Of a stretch of DNA of 64,000 nt, positions 12,148-26,249 are shown piece after piece. Source of the stretch: Rhina ancylostomus (lineage: Eukaryota); NCBI GenBank assembly GCA_030265395.1, contig JARFYF010000001.1, positions 31,092,957-31,156,956 of the forward strand. Direction: 5' to 3'. Under the pieces are notes generated by a model, which did not search any database, was not told the DNA's origin, and saw nothing but the letters and a program-made list of their open reading frames with translations. The position numbers and the translations under genes were made by a program. Positions within the stretch are counted from its first letter, which is position 1. Each line of letters opens with the position of its first letter.

Positions 12148-14214
12148 ATCATAAGTTGCACAAATTCTGTTCAGGGAAGGAGATCTGCCAACCGTACTTG
12201 ATTTGTTTCATACATAACCCCAGACCCTCAGCAATGGAGTTGAACTGAACTGCCCTCTGAAATGGTCAACATGGGTAACGTGAGTTGGGCAAGAGTGCTA
12301 GCTTGGCAAGAGTGCCCTAATCTTATGAATAAATAATAAAAAATTCTAACAATATCTGAACTTTTCACTAAAAGAGTGAGCTCATGTTACTTTTAACCAT
12401 CTCCTCTAATTTTCTCCTTAATTTCTTTTACTCCAGTAATTGTCAGTCTTGGAGGACCATCTCAGGACATTTTGGTTTGCTAAACGTTCTAAATATGTAT
12501 AGGTTGTTGAGAATGAGCTAAGCCACGTCATAGTTATTAATGTGTTCTAAGTCAAGCTAGCTTCATAGGTAGATATTTATAACAATAATTAGAAAAATGA
12601 TACACTTTTAAATTAATTTAATTTTGAAACACTTCGTTTTGCTCCCCACTCATTTGGTTAGTTCAACCCCCCCCCCACCGCCATTCAGGTGTCTTTGGAC
12701 ACAGGTCAGGGTTTAAATCCACAAAATGTAACAGTATTTTGGATACTTGATGCCAATCTGCTGACTTCTCGATTTAACACAAGTACTTCAGTATATGATA
12801 TGTACACGAGATACTGGTTGGAAATTAGAATGGCATTCATGGAGTTTGAGTGGTTGATGAAAAGATCTGGGAACAAATATTCAGCTTCAGCTACATTCAT
12901 GAATGAAATAAAAGCTGAAAATGTTGTAATTCTCAGATGATCAAACAGTACCTTTGGAAATAGAAGCAGGGTTAACATTTCATGCTGATGAGCATTCACA
13001 AAAGTTGCCTGGCCTTCTGAGTATTTCCAGCATTTTTCTTTTGTTTTTAATTTGGATTTTCAATATCCACAATGTTTTGCTTTTGTTTTATTGAATGATT
13101 CCATGAAAGGCTTTCTTCATGAGACATGTGTTTCATTTGATACAAAAGTTTGGTTGGTGATACTTCAGTTGAATTTTCCCAAGTTATTGAACAATGCTAT
13201 TCATTTCCAACACATTTCATCTCCCCACTTGGTCATTGCATTTAGCAGGTCAGTATTACAATATTGTGTTGGATGCTGCTCACAGCAATAGCGTAGGCCT
13301 CAAAGAAAGACTGTGAAAAACACACATAAGAACAGATGACAAGTGCTTCTCATTTACCTGCAGCCACATGGGACAGGGGATCATCAGGCTTGCAGAAAGT
13401 CATATTCTGCACTAATGGTCTAAAGGCAGAGGCTTGGTTTCCTGAACATGGTTGATTGTCAGTGGCTGAAGAGGTTGAAAGTATTATGGCAGATGGTGGT
13501 ATATCTTTGCAGATGCCAGTAGGACACCTGAGCCTGTTGGTCCTGGTGACCACATTATAACTGTGATTGAGAAAGTGACCAATACCCTCGGCTATTATGC
13601 TCAGGATTTCTCTAAGGCCCTGAGAGAAATTTTGTAATTTGCAGTTAGCCACTCTTGAGTGCATTAGGCAGGTGACACATGTTTCCAAGGGCTGGCAATT
13701 ACATCAATTTTGCCAAAAATGAGGCTGATCTGATGACAGTGAATTTAAGTTTGCAGTTTTGAATGACTTTCCTTTGGTGTAGAATGTAACTGATACATGC
13801 ATGTGCATTTCAAAGCTTCCCAGAGATTCAAGGTAGATTGTAGGGTTATAGTTCAGGAGATCTGTAGCTTTAAGACTGTCCACAAGATTTCTTAACAGTT
13901 GCTGTGATTTGTTTGTTCTGAGCAGTCCATCCCCCCTGATCTATTTATACCACCAAGGAGTCTCAGCAGAGTAAAGCATGGCTGATTGTCCCATTGAGGA
14001 AACCAAACAGCAAAGTCAGAAGCAGTTTACCTAAAACCATCTTCCAACAAGATATATGATTAGAAATTCATCAGCAGGCTGAAACTGCATTTTAAGTGAC
14101 TTGACTGACTCGACCCTCCACTTAGCATCTTTCAGAGGCTCTTCCCAACATTGTGCAGCAGCAATCATTGGAAAATAGGCAGAGGTGACAGTCTTGTGCT
14201 GGTATCCTGACAGA

Positions 14215-14402
14215 CATCCTCATCACCCTGTCTACCAGCGCTGCAATCTTCAGAGATCCTTGGACTTGTACACCAATATTCCTCTTTTCTTCAGTACTCC
14301 TTAGGGTGCTAGCATTCATTGTGTATGTCCTGCCCTCATTTGTTCAACCAAAGTGCATCACCTCGTATCTATCAAAGTTAAATTCCATCTGCCGTTGTTC
14401 TG
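14215..14402 (-). mobile_element. CR1 RT fragment
   Basis: Minus strand QMEFNFDRYEVMHFG..; GVQVQGSLKIAALVDRV. Confidence 0.75.
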
Positions 14403-14409
14403 CATGGTC

Positions 14410-14830
14410 GAAAAATGAGGTGCTGTTTCTCAAGCTTACTATGAGGTTCTTTGGAACAGTATTAGGACAAAGAGATTGGAATGGGAAAATTAATGAGACA
14501 GGAAACAAAAGATCGACATTATACTTACTGACTGAACAGTTGCATTCCACAAACTGATCACCTAATCTGTATTTGGTCTCCACAGCTCAGGGGAGGCTGC
14601 ATCATGAACAGTATATGCAATGTACTAAATTGAAAGAAGTGTAAAAAATCATTGTTTCATATGAAAAGCTCTTTTCTAGGCTGTGTAATATGGTAAGAGA
14701 GAGGGTAAAAGAGCAAGTGTTGAATGTCCTACAATTACAAAGAAAGGTGTAACAATAGAGATGAATCTGTTGAAGCAATGAAATTGTGAAGCAGGGTGTC
14801 CTGGAAGGAATGAATCTCATAGAGCGTTGA
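14410..14830 (-). mobile_element. Penelope-like element GIY-YIG endonuclease remnant
   Basis: Minus ORFs give TFLCNCRTFNTCSFT..TSFNLVHCIYCS and ETKYRLGDQFVE, resembling PLE TSSNLVYCIRCS..GETKRRLGDRFAEH. Confidence 0.75.
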
Positions 14831-15289
14831 AAGGGGAGGGGAAAATCTTTATGGTGGTGGTATCACATGAGCCCAAACCATTTCATTCCAATGTTGCTAG
14901 TGCTAGCACACTTCATCCAAGAATTGCAAACTTAGTGATGTTTGCTTCATTATTGCATGTTCCGTACAATTCATTTCAGGAATCTTGTGCACTCAGTAAA
15001 ACTAGCTAGAAGATTTGAATTTATGCCTTAACATATTTAAAGATGGTGAACACTGAATTCAATCACTGTTCAAATTCATTGTGTAATGGCAACCCAGGCA
15101 CATTAGTAGAGACCTCTTTTTGCTAATGCTGACTGAGATTCTCTTTGAGCAGCTGGAGATGCAAAGAGATATTCTACACACTGGGAGTGGGTTTTGGGTT
15201 TGGGGTGCAGGAAACCACCAAGGCATGAAATGAAATGCCAGTGAAAAGAGGCAATGAGAGAGATTCATCCTGGCAGTGATTCCTTAGGG

Positions 15290-15715
15290 ACTTTCACCAG
15301 GATATTGCCAGGAATGGAGGGCTTTATTTCATTAGGATGTTGCCCAGAATGGAGGCTTTACTTACAAGAAGAGATTGGATTGGCTAGGATTACTATCACT
15401 GGCTGAGGGGTGACCTCATAAATGTTTACAATATAAAGAGGGGCATCGATAGGGCAGATATAGTCATTTTCCTAGGGAGTCTAAAACTAGAGGTCACAGG
15501 TTTATGGTCAGAGAGGAGAAATTTAAAGGAGATCTGAGGGGCAAATTTTTCACACAGAGGGTGGTGGTTACATGGAACAAACTGCCAGAGGAAGTAATAG
15601 AGGCAGATACAATTACAGCATTTGGACTGCTACTTGGATCGGAAGAGAATAGATGGACACAGGCCTAATGCAGGCAAATGGGATAGGCATAGATAGGCAT
15701 CACAGTTGGCATGAC
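15290..15715 (+). mobile_element. CR1 LINE 3' fragment with a short tandem duplication at its 5' end
   Basis: aggatattgccaggaatggagg repeated; ttttcacacagagggtggtg; aggcctaatgcaggcaaatggga. Confidence 0.8.
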
Positions 15716-16099
15716 TTCTGTAAGAGTGAATCAAGTCAAGAATTGCCCAGTCTAATTTTCAAGCAGGCAGAGCATCAACAGGATATGGAGTAAACCTTTC
15801 AAAGTATCTGTAAAATCACTCGTATTGCAAAACTGAGTCCAGTTACTAAGCACTGGAGTTCCATTCTTCTGGTTTGAATTATTATTGGAAAAGTAATTAC
15901 TTTTTCTTTTTTTTTGGTTTCCTCTTTTTCCTCTGTTGATTCAAGGTTTCACCCCCGTTTCCATTTCTGTATTTGACTTTGTATTGAATTCATCATATTA
16001 GCTCACCTTTTCATTATAGTGCTTAACAATCATTAAATCAAATTAGTTAAGAGGGAATTCATTTAATTTTTACGTTCAGTCTGATCCCATATGCCCTAT

Positions 16100-16480
16100 A
16101 GAGACCTAATAGAAATTTATAAAATTATGAGAGGCATAGATAGGGAAGACAGTCAGAATCTTTTTCCCAGGATAGAAATATCATAAACTGGAGGGCATAC
16201 ATTTAAGGTGAGAGGGCGAAAGATTAAAGGACATGTGCGGGACAAGTTTTTTTTACACAGAGAGTGGTAGGTGCCTGGAACGTGCTGGGAGGGGTAGTGA
16301 TGAAAGCTGATATGATAGTGGCATTTAAGGGGCTTTTAGAAAGGCTCATGAATATGCAAGCAATGGAGGGATAAGGACCATTTACAGGCAGAAAAGATTT
16401 AGTTTAATTTGGCACTGTGTTCAGTGCAGACATTTTGGGCTGAAGGGTTTGTTCCTGTGCTGTACTGTTCTATGTTCTAT
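16100..16480 (+). mobile_element. CR1 LINE 3' end
   Basis: DLIEIYKIMRGIDR; tail tgtgctgtactgttctatgttctat. Confidence 0.85.
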
Positions 16481-17507
16481 AAAATATATGAATTCATACT
16501 TCTAGCAGTTTGCAGCACAAGACATAATGAATAATAAGCTGGCAAAAGCAAGACTAACTAATTGGTCCACATCATAAGCATGTCCACATATAGTTACAAT
16601 GTGGACCTGAGAGCAGCTTTCCTGCTATTACTGGCTGCGAATAGCACTAATTAAAAAAAGAAACTTGGCTTGTATGTTAAAACCTCCAGGATTTGCTAAA
16701 ATAGAATTCTGCTAAGTTCTGAAGAAAACTGACGAGAATACACTGTTCAATCACTTGCAACTTATTTTCTCAAAGGGGTCTGAAACATGCATTAGGTCTC
16801 CTACTTTCATATTCAATAAGTCTAATAGCAGTTTTGGATGCATGGTTTGAATGCCAAATGAGCAGCCCAGCTCATTATAGAGGGAGCAGATTTATGATAT
16901 GGAATATGCTAGCCCACATTGTCTAAAATAATCTACCTGAAGTTCCATTATGTAACTATTTCCCTTTCAATGGGTGGATCTGAAAATAGGTGCAAGAGAA
17001 TTGGTCTATAAAACATACAATCGATTTCTAAGCAGGCCAATGGATGCCTTTCCTGTCCTTAAAGGAATCATTGAAGGCATTCCACAAAAGGACTGGATCA
17101 TATTTTGGGTAAATGTTTGCCAGTACAAGGAGGGCAGAAGTAATAAGAACCCCACAGTCCACTGGTACTCACAAGACAACCTCTAACAGCCCATTCAACT
17201 GAAGAGCAAAAGCAAGTGGCACAGATATGTTACTGACATTTTTCTCTTTTGTGTATATGTTGAAAAATCATTCACATTGTCACACCAAATCACAAAGATC
17301 AAAAATTTAACGTTCAATTGATTCTGGGTGCAAGTCTATGTTGTAGAGAGGGTATGAATATTCTGCACAACAAAAAAGACTGTTGTCTTATCTCATGAAT
17401 TCTACCTGAATCCCCAGTTTCAAATCATACCACTATTTTTTTATTCATTCATTCATTTATTTATTTATGAGATCCAGAATTGATGTAATTTACCTAATGT
17501 ATCTCAG

Positions 17508-17646
17508 GCCTCAAGCTGAATATGAAGAAACTAAAGACACCGTTACAAGAAAATTATTGGACCCCCAGAGTATTTCACCAATGCATATTTCAAGAAAAAA
17601 GAGACATCAGAAACATATATTGGATCATACCTCTGGAAAATTAAAG
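17508..17646 (+). CDS. CFAP221: CFAP221 coding exon 8 (RPQAEYEETKD...MHISRKKRHQKHILDHTSGKLK)
   Basis: atctcag| ... |gtaatt, 139 bp, phase 2->0; weakly conserved, but open and phase-consistent. Confidence 0.82.
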
Positions 17647-17744
17647 GTAATTTTTTGAGAAAAGCTGTAGTCAATTTCTGTGGAATAGTGAAAGAAATTG
17701 CAAGTTTATCCACATATAAAAACAAAAATGTTGGAAATAGCTCA

Positions 17745-18592
17745 TATGAACAAACAAATTAGGAGCAGATCTTGGCTACTTAGCCCTTCTTGCCAGCTTC
17801 GCCATTTAATAAGATCATGGCAACTGTCTAATTGATGTGATGATTTCTTCAGCTCCACATTCCTATCTACCTATGGTAACTTTACACCTCCCTGCATATC
17901 AATTATCTATTTACCTCTGCCAAAAATATATACAAAACCATTGTTTCCATTGCCCTCTGAGGAAGAGAGTTCTGAAGAATCTCAGTCCTCTGAGAGAAAA
18001 AAAAATGCCTCATCTCTGTCTTAAATGGGCAAACCCTTACCCTTTAAACATTTTCCCATCCTTCTTGTTCCCAAACCTCCCATGAGAATATCCTCTACAC
18101 ATTTACACTAGGAAGATCCCTCAGATTCTTATAAATTTCAATAAAGTCCTCTAACTCTTTTAAACAGCAGATACAAGCCTAGTGTGTCCAATTGTTCTTC
18201 TTAAGATAACCCACACATTCCAGATACTAGTTAATTTTTCTGAACTGCTTCCAATGCAGTTACACCCTTCCTTAAATAAGAGGACAAGTACAGTACACAG
18301 AACTCCAGATGTGGTCTCGCCAATATTCTAAATAACTAAATGTATTCTCCTTACTTTTGTATTGAATTCCCTTATCAATAAGCAAGTTCATTTTCTTATC
18401 TTTTCTAATTATTGGTATTGGTTTATTATTATCACTTGTACCAAGGACACACAGATCCCTCTGCCTCTCAGTGCTCTGCATTCTCTCACCGCTTACATGA
18501 CTTTGCTTTTATTTTTCCTGTAAAAATGGACATATTCATGCATTCGCTCTTTGTACTTCATTTGCCAGATCTTTGCCCACTCACTTAACCAG
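17745..18592 (-). mobile_element. CR1 LINE 3' portion (old)
   Basis: Minus ORF remnants QRDLCVLG..GIQYKSKE..WRDHIW; 3' UTR aattaggagcag..gatcatgg. Confidence 0.7.
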
Positions 18593-18609
18593 TTACCATC
18601 AATGAAGAA

Positions 18610-18937
18610 TTAGACAGAGTTAGAGTTTCAGCTTGATGACTTTTCATCAGAACTGGGGAAATTTCAAAACAAACCAATATTGTAAGGAAGAGAGAACAAA
18701 TAGGAAGGTAGAGCAACAAACAGTCTGCTGGAGGGGCTCAGCAGGTTGAACAGCATCTGTAGAGGAGGAAGGAATTGACAAAGTTTTGGGCTGAAACCCT
18801 GATGTAGAGTTTTGACCTGAAATGTTGAAAATTCCTTCCCCCCTCCACCTGCCCCACAAAGCTGCTCAACCCACTGAGCTCCTCCAGCAAATTGTTTGCT
18901 GCTCCAGATTCCAGCACCTGCAGTCTCTTGTGTCCAC
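18610..18937. mobile_element. Penelope-type terminal-repeat/SINE-like fragments in inverted arrangement
   Basis: tgctggaggggctcagcaggttgaacagcatctg ... gctgctcaacccactgagctcctccagca form an imperfect IR of about 100 bp arms. Confidence 0.6.
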
Positions 18938-19644
18938 AAATGGGAAGGTCTTTGAAAGGGTGGAGACTAGGAAAGATTGAACAATACAAGTGAAGAGCAG
19001 AGCATAAGAAATAGGAACAGGATTAGACTTTTTCCCCATGTTACAGCCGTTCAGGTATGGAAATTTGCCCACATAGAATTTACAAATCACAGCCCAAAAA
19101 TTTTAGAAATGGAATAAAATTTGCTCTCTCAGAATTTATGTGTAAATAAGTAAATAAATCAACCCAAAATTTATCTTTTTCAACTCACATTTCTTGATGA
19201 CAAAGATGATGAACACGCTACAAAAAATTACGATCTGGCCCATTTTCTAGGAATGCAACCCTTCCTTCCCCTGTAGTATGAGGGTCACCTGTACATGAAC
19301 ATGCAGGGAATAGAGGGAAATGGACTATGTGCAGGCAGATGGGTGGGATTAGTATGGATTGGCATTGTGGTCGACGAAGACGTAGTGGACCAAAAGGCTG
19401 TTCCTGTTCTGAACTGTTCTATGCTTTATTTTCTCTTGCAATTAGTCTTTGGTGAAGAATTTGACTTGTTCTCATTAGTCAATGTTACTGGACCATCAAG
19501 TTATGAAGCAAAACTGAGATATTGTATATGTTCTCATAGAGAGAAAATTTACATGAGTAGGGGAAGGACAAATCTTAACAAATAAGTAATTAATAAGTGA
19601 TGCTCAAAATTGTGAAAAGATAAATGCATGTTTTTTTTCACCAG

Positions 19645-19741
19645 GACACAAAGTTTCCAGCTGATTTGTCCAATCCACATGCTGTAGCCCTTGTATTAAA
19701 CCAGAAACCTGGCAAATTACGAATTAAAGATCTACGAGAGG
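19645..19741 (+). CDS. CFAP221: CFAP221 coding exon 9 (DTKFPADLSNPHAVALVLNQKPGKLRIKDLRE)
   Basis: ttttttttcaccag| ... G|gtaatt, 97 bp, phase 0->1. Confidence 0.93.
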
Positions 19742-20134
19742 GTAATTCAGTCGGTAACATGATTACCGATTATTACATTTCTTTCTTAAGAATAAATTAA
19801 TTAATTTATTTTGTTTTGAGTAATTTATGATAATTCTTTACCAGTGGAACAGGAAGAATGAACCTTTGGATTAATCTCAGAAGAATTCCAGTCATACTAA
19901 TTTGAAAGATTATGTGTTCATAATATCTTCTCCATCAGGTGCAATACATTCAAGACTCTAAAGCTCATATTTTATGTGCACCCTTTGCTTGTATTCTCAT
20001 TGCTAACCTACAATGGCTCTATATTTCTCATTCTCCCACTTCAAATAGTTTTGTGGCTTTCTCCAACCTACAACTACCACTTAACACTTCATTCCACTAA
20101 TTCTTCTCTGTTATACCTGTACCAACTTCCTCCA

Positions 20135-20376
20135 GCTCACACTGTCGACATTTCTTCCCGCCTTGGTAAAGCAGCCAACATAATCAAAGACCCCACCCAC
20201 CTCAGACATTCCCTCTTCTTCCCCCTCCCATCTGGCAGAAGATACAAAAGCCTGAAAGTATGTACCACCAGGCTCAAGGACAGCTTCTATCCTGCTGTTA
20301 TAAGACTATTTAACGACCCCCTAGTACAATAAGCATGCACTCTTAACCTCACAATCTACCTTGCACCTTATGGTCT
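20135..20376 (+). mobile_element. Rex1/Babar LINE C-terminal fragment
   Basis: KAANIIKDPTH..LFFPLPSGRRYKSLK..RLKDSFYPAVIRLFN. Confidence 0.8.
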
Positions 20377-20476
20377 NNNNNNNNNNNNNNNNNNNNNNNN
20401 NNNNNNNNNNNNNNNNNNNNNNNNNNNNNNNNNNNNNNNNNNNNNNNNNNNNNNNNNNNNNNNNNNNNNNNNNNNN

Positions 20477-20635
20477 ACAACTTCCTAACCCGTATGTCTT
20501 TGGAATGTGGGAGGAAACCAGAGCACTCAGAGGAAACCCATGCAGTCACAGGGAGAACGTACAAACTCCTTACAGACAGTGACCGGAATTGAACCCAGGT
20601 CGCTGGCACTGTAATAGCGTTACGCAACTGTACCA
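20477..20635 (-). mobile_element. V-SINE-like element
   Basis: tgtgggaggaaaccagagcac..gaggaaacccatgcagtcacagggagaacgtacaaactcc; tRNA-like head. Confidence 0.8.
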
Positions 20636-20795
20636 TTATTTTGTGTTATTACCAAAAGAAGTATTCTGTGTGGTAATATAATGAACATCTAAAGCATTTC
20701 AAAAGAATTGGGATGAATTTAAATGTCTTGACAAAACTGTTCTCCTGGTCATGGTAGCATATTACTTTGACACAAAAACATTTNNNNNNNNNNAG

Positions 20796-20978
<183 letters not shown>

Positions 20979-21379
20979 TAGACTGCAGGATAAACTTCAT
21001 CCTGTACACCAGACATTTCCAACTTCCTTCCTGAATTAAACCACAGCCACTTGTAAAGCTCTTGGTGTCACTTTTTTTCAATGGGGAAGACAATTAATAC
21101 ATTTTAAAATGTATCCACATGTACACTTATGAATTAAAGCATCCAATTATGTGTCTTCGATAAATTCTCACAATAGATGATTAATTTATTTATTTCATTA
21201 TAAATAAGGGATTATACAATGGATTCCTGGTCTGCTCTGTATTGTTGAGCATCAAAGAGAGAGATTTTATTAGAAAAGGACAATTTTTAATTGCATATCT
21301 GTTACAATGTGAGTTGTATGCGACTTGTATATTAATGCACTTTTTTATGTTAAAAACATTATGTTTTGAATTCTTTTAG

Positions 21380-21457
21380 GCTGGTGCATGGCCTCTGACT
21401 CAAGCACCCTCATCTACATTTGCCATCCCACAAGAATTGGAAAAAAGTGTACAGATG
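21380..21457 (+). CDS. CUL2: Cullin-2 exon B (AGAWPLTQAPSSTFAIPQELEKSVQM)
   Basis: ttcttttag| ... |gtaggt, 78 bp, phase 0->0. Confidence 0.95.
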
Positions 21458-24002
21458 GTAGGTTAATAGGTAGCCCTCCAATTGAAATTTAAAGATGGAG
21501 TTAAATTGATGCACAACTTGTTTTTGTGGGCAACAATAAATCTGTTGCATGATTGCTCGTGTAATTTTAAGCTTGTTATGCCTGTCTGCTAAACTAGCTT
21601 GTCCCTTTAAAGACATTACTGTAAATGGGTCAAAGGAGAGACAGTGGAAAGGAAATGAACTCAGGAGTTCACTGCAGTGAATGCTGTACATTGCACATAT
21701 GGAGGATGTTTTTATTGAGTTTAATGTCAGTGGCACATTTAAAACAACATGTTCTGTTTTGTTATTTATTCTGTTTATTATTACCATGCGTACTGTTTAC
21801 CTTGAGCTTCATGCAAACAAGAAATTTCATTGCACCTTGGTGTTGATGACAGTAATCTAATTGAAAACAGAAAATGTTGGAAAAACTCAGCCAGTCAAGC
21901 ATCACCTGTGGAGAGAGCATTAACATNNNNNNNNNNAAAATTTAAAGTTGAAGATGTATTGTCAGAACTGGAAAAGTTGGAAAGCACACTAGTTTTTGTT
22001 CTCAGAAAAGATGGAGGGGTGAGAGAACAAGTATTTTGTTGATATTATAGAATACAGCAAAGAATGAAGTAGACCAAGGCAGCTTTGAGTTCATGAATTC
22101 CTGTTACTAGAGAGGAGGACTTCAAAAGCATGCATATGTTGATGCGCACCATTAAACGTTGATTTCAGGATATGGCAAGAAATTGGTTTGAGAAGTGCTG
22201 AACGCCCTGATTGTACCTGTCATGGGTAACACACTCCCACAGCTACATTTCTTTTCCCAGCCAGAGATGAAGGAAAGAGATAAAGAGAGAAAGTGTTTTG
22301 GTCAACACCTGAGCAAAAATAAGGAGAAAAATGGAAATCTCTTAGAGTAAGCAGAGAGACTAAAGGAAATTATGTCAAGATGGGGAGGGCATCTTAAAGC
22401 AAGAGAAGGAACACTGAATTAGACAGTTTGTTTTTTTGTTGATCTGTCCTGGGTGGTTTTGTGTAGCGTTCTTGGAGGTAACTGCAGCATATCCCTTCAC
22501 CAGCCTTGTAGATTACGCAGATATTGGGAAGATGTTAAAAAGCAAGTCACTTAGGAATCCACAACCTCTACTTTGCTTATGTTCATTTGATTGATTTAGT
22601 TAAGTTGCTGGTGACTGCCACTAACATCTCCCACCACCCTCCCCCCACTTCCTTAGGTATTTGTGAATGAATTGGCAGTTCTGGGGTTTTGTATGGAATG
22701 CCAACATTGTCTGGTAATTGGGTCACAACTCAACTGATATCTTGGTGTTACCCCAGGTATTGCTGTCAGCTAGCATTAGCTGCTTTATTCTTGGAAATGA
22801 TGTGAATGGAGTTGAACACAGAAATTAACAGTAAACAGCTAGTCTCCTTGATTATGACATTGATGAAGCAGCTACGGCTGACTGGTTTGAGGATGTCCTC
22901 AGACTTATTTTTGCCCTCTGACAGCCACAGCTCTCATTACGTGCATACAGTATGAGTCCAGTCACTTGAGGCTTTTCTGATTTTCCTTTTGAACATTCAT
23001 GCTGGGTTCCCCTGATGTCATTCTCACTAAATCCAATTGTGATTTTGAAGGTAGCTCTTCTTACATATTTGGTATTCAGTGATTTTGTCCATGTCTGAAT
23101 TAAATAAGGAGCAAATCAGAAGTGACCGTGGTCAGTGACTTATTGGTGAATGGTAATTCTCCAATTCTTTTGCCAATTATAGAAATCTATGACTTGCCAG
23201 TAGGATTAATTTCTCCTCTATTACTTTATAATTTTCCTCCATAAATTTTAGAGAACGTGTACTCTAAGTGGAACAATCCCAGCTTCTCTACTGTCAGATC
23301 ATAAGTGATATTCTTCACCTTTGGTATGTACATCTGTGCCTTTCGACACCTGTTACACACTTTCGAGAGGTTTACTGCTATGCTCCAGTTGAGGCCAGAC
23401 CTCTGTGTAACACACAAATGTCTGGCATAGTTTCCTCCTTTTGTGGGTTGTGCCTCCATAAAGCAAAGACTGAGGTTTGCCTTTTTCACAGCTTCATAAA
23501 CTTGTCCTGCTATCTTCACCCAAATTTACTACCTCCTCCTATCCCTCTCTGAGAAACGTACCTTTCGGTTTATGCTGTTATCTTTTCATTACTGCTTTTC
23601 TGATCAGCACCACATAAAGAGTTCTGAAATTTCACAAAACTCTTTTCCTGGAGGTGAGATGAACTGGTCAGTGGAGGGAGAATAATGGGAAACAAAAAGA
23701 GAGTTGATTGTTACAATGGGAATAACTAAAGCAGAAGATGAATAAAATTGTACAGAAATTCAACAGTATTTTGTTATTTTTGTTACTGTAGCAATACTAT
23801 ATCTAGACATCCTCTGCTGTTTTGCACTTAAAAATTTAGAAGTTTTTAGAGCAATTGTGCTGTTGTAAGTGGTTAATTCCATGATTACAATAAAAATAAA
23901 TATTTGAGGTACTTGACGTATTACATAAAAGAGTAGATCATCTGAGCATTTCTTGATTTCTGCAGTGGATTTTCTAAAACAGTCGACTCAAACCTCTCCT
24001 GA

Positions 24003-24278
<276 letters not shown>

Positions 24279-25937
24279 TAGTTTGGGATCACTCTTCGTC
24301 AATCATAACACATTTTCATAGTTCAGAACTGAAGTAAAACTTGGTCAGTTTAGTAAAGTGTATGCATTTGTGTCTTCAAACTATTTCCATACAATTGCAT
24401 AACACATATCATTCATAAAAAGTCACTTCAGATTTTTGGCGTTATTTTGTGCAATGTTTAACTTTAGGAGGACTTTCCTATAAATTGTGATGTAATTTTT
24501 GTATAAGAAAATTAGAAATCAAAGCAAGACCAGGATATTTGCTCCTTCTCCGCTATTTATCTCAGCACTACTTCCCTACAGTAACTCCATATCTCTCAAT
24601 TCCCTCAATATCTAACTGTTGATCTCTCTGCCTTGAATATATTAAGCAATTGAGCCCATCTTGATTAGTGAATCACCCTCTGGGTGAAAAAACTTGTTCT
24701 CATTTCTTCTCAAATTTCTCTTTTTAATGTTAGTCAATGTTTATGGTATTATTTGTTTTTTTTCTCTTCAATTTTAAACCCTGCTAATGAAATATTGTAT
24801 AAGTTGGTTCATTCAAGTTTATTAATTGTCAAAACTGACAAATTTATTTTAGTATTGTACTTGAAGTGGGAGGGATATTCCAAATCACTGTCCAAACTGG
24901 GCATGGAAATGCAAGTTTTCAGCCAATATTCCTGGTGTCCCTCAATTTCATGTTTGTGATGCCAGTCCAAATTTACCTCCATTCCCTGCCTGCTCATGTG
25001 CCTGTCGAAATGCCGCTTAAACATTGCTATCGTATTTGCTTCCACCACTTCCCCTGGCAAGGTGTTCCAGGCACCAACCACTTTTCATGCAACCTGTTGC
25101 AGCTATGTTTCGAATGCTGCAAAGTATGTTTCCCTGTTTATTTCTCCAAAATTTCAGTTGGTGATTGGAAAATATCCAGAGTCTCAGACTGTCAGATTGC
25201 ACAAAGCACCAGTTCTGCCTCAGTGACAGTTCTCGTCACCGTGCCACGTTGGCACATCGTGGCTGTGGAGATTGGGTAGACAATAATAAAACTTGGATTC
25301 AGTACAGGGCATGTTTTCAGTGGACAATGGAAATCTTTAGGGATGACTTTCTACTTGGGGTACAGAAAAAAATTAACTGAGAAATTACAATGTGTATACA
25401 TCTGGATTTGAAGTATACCCTCATTTCCCTCATTTGAAGCTAGATAGCTTCAAATGAGGGAAAATGAACAGACATTTTAATTTGCACAAGTTGCTAAAAG
25501 TTAAATTCTGGTCAGAACTGTGATCTTTGCAGCAAAAGTAATCAATACAAAAACTCTGGTACCATTGAATAGGGTTCTGTGTTGTGGGAACTTGTGGTTT
25601 CTCTCATTGTAGTTATGGCAAGTGGCCTCACTCAGCTGTACTTAAAATTGTGACACGTGGAACTGGCTATTCAGGAACATGGTGGTATACTTGTTCGAAA
25701 AGAAGCTGCTGAGATGTTTAGCACAGGAAAAAATAGAAAGTTTTAGAGAGAGTCATGTTCAGTAAATATCAAATTCAAACTGACTTCAGTTTTCTGTGCC
25801 ATTCAAGACAGGCTCTTATGTCAAAAAATGTATCTAATCTTGTTGTTTCAATTACTTTCTCCTCCTGTCATTTGGTGTGATTATACTGGTAGTTTTGTGG
25901 GTTTGTATTTTTAATTTGAGTAATTGGATGAAATTGA

Positions 25938-26249
<312 letters not shown>

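Noticed and set aside
11964-12248. Poly-proline ORF
   Set aside because: Produced by a poly-C run adjoining an N gap; no splice or homology support.
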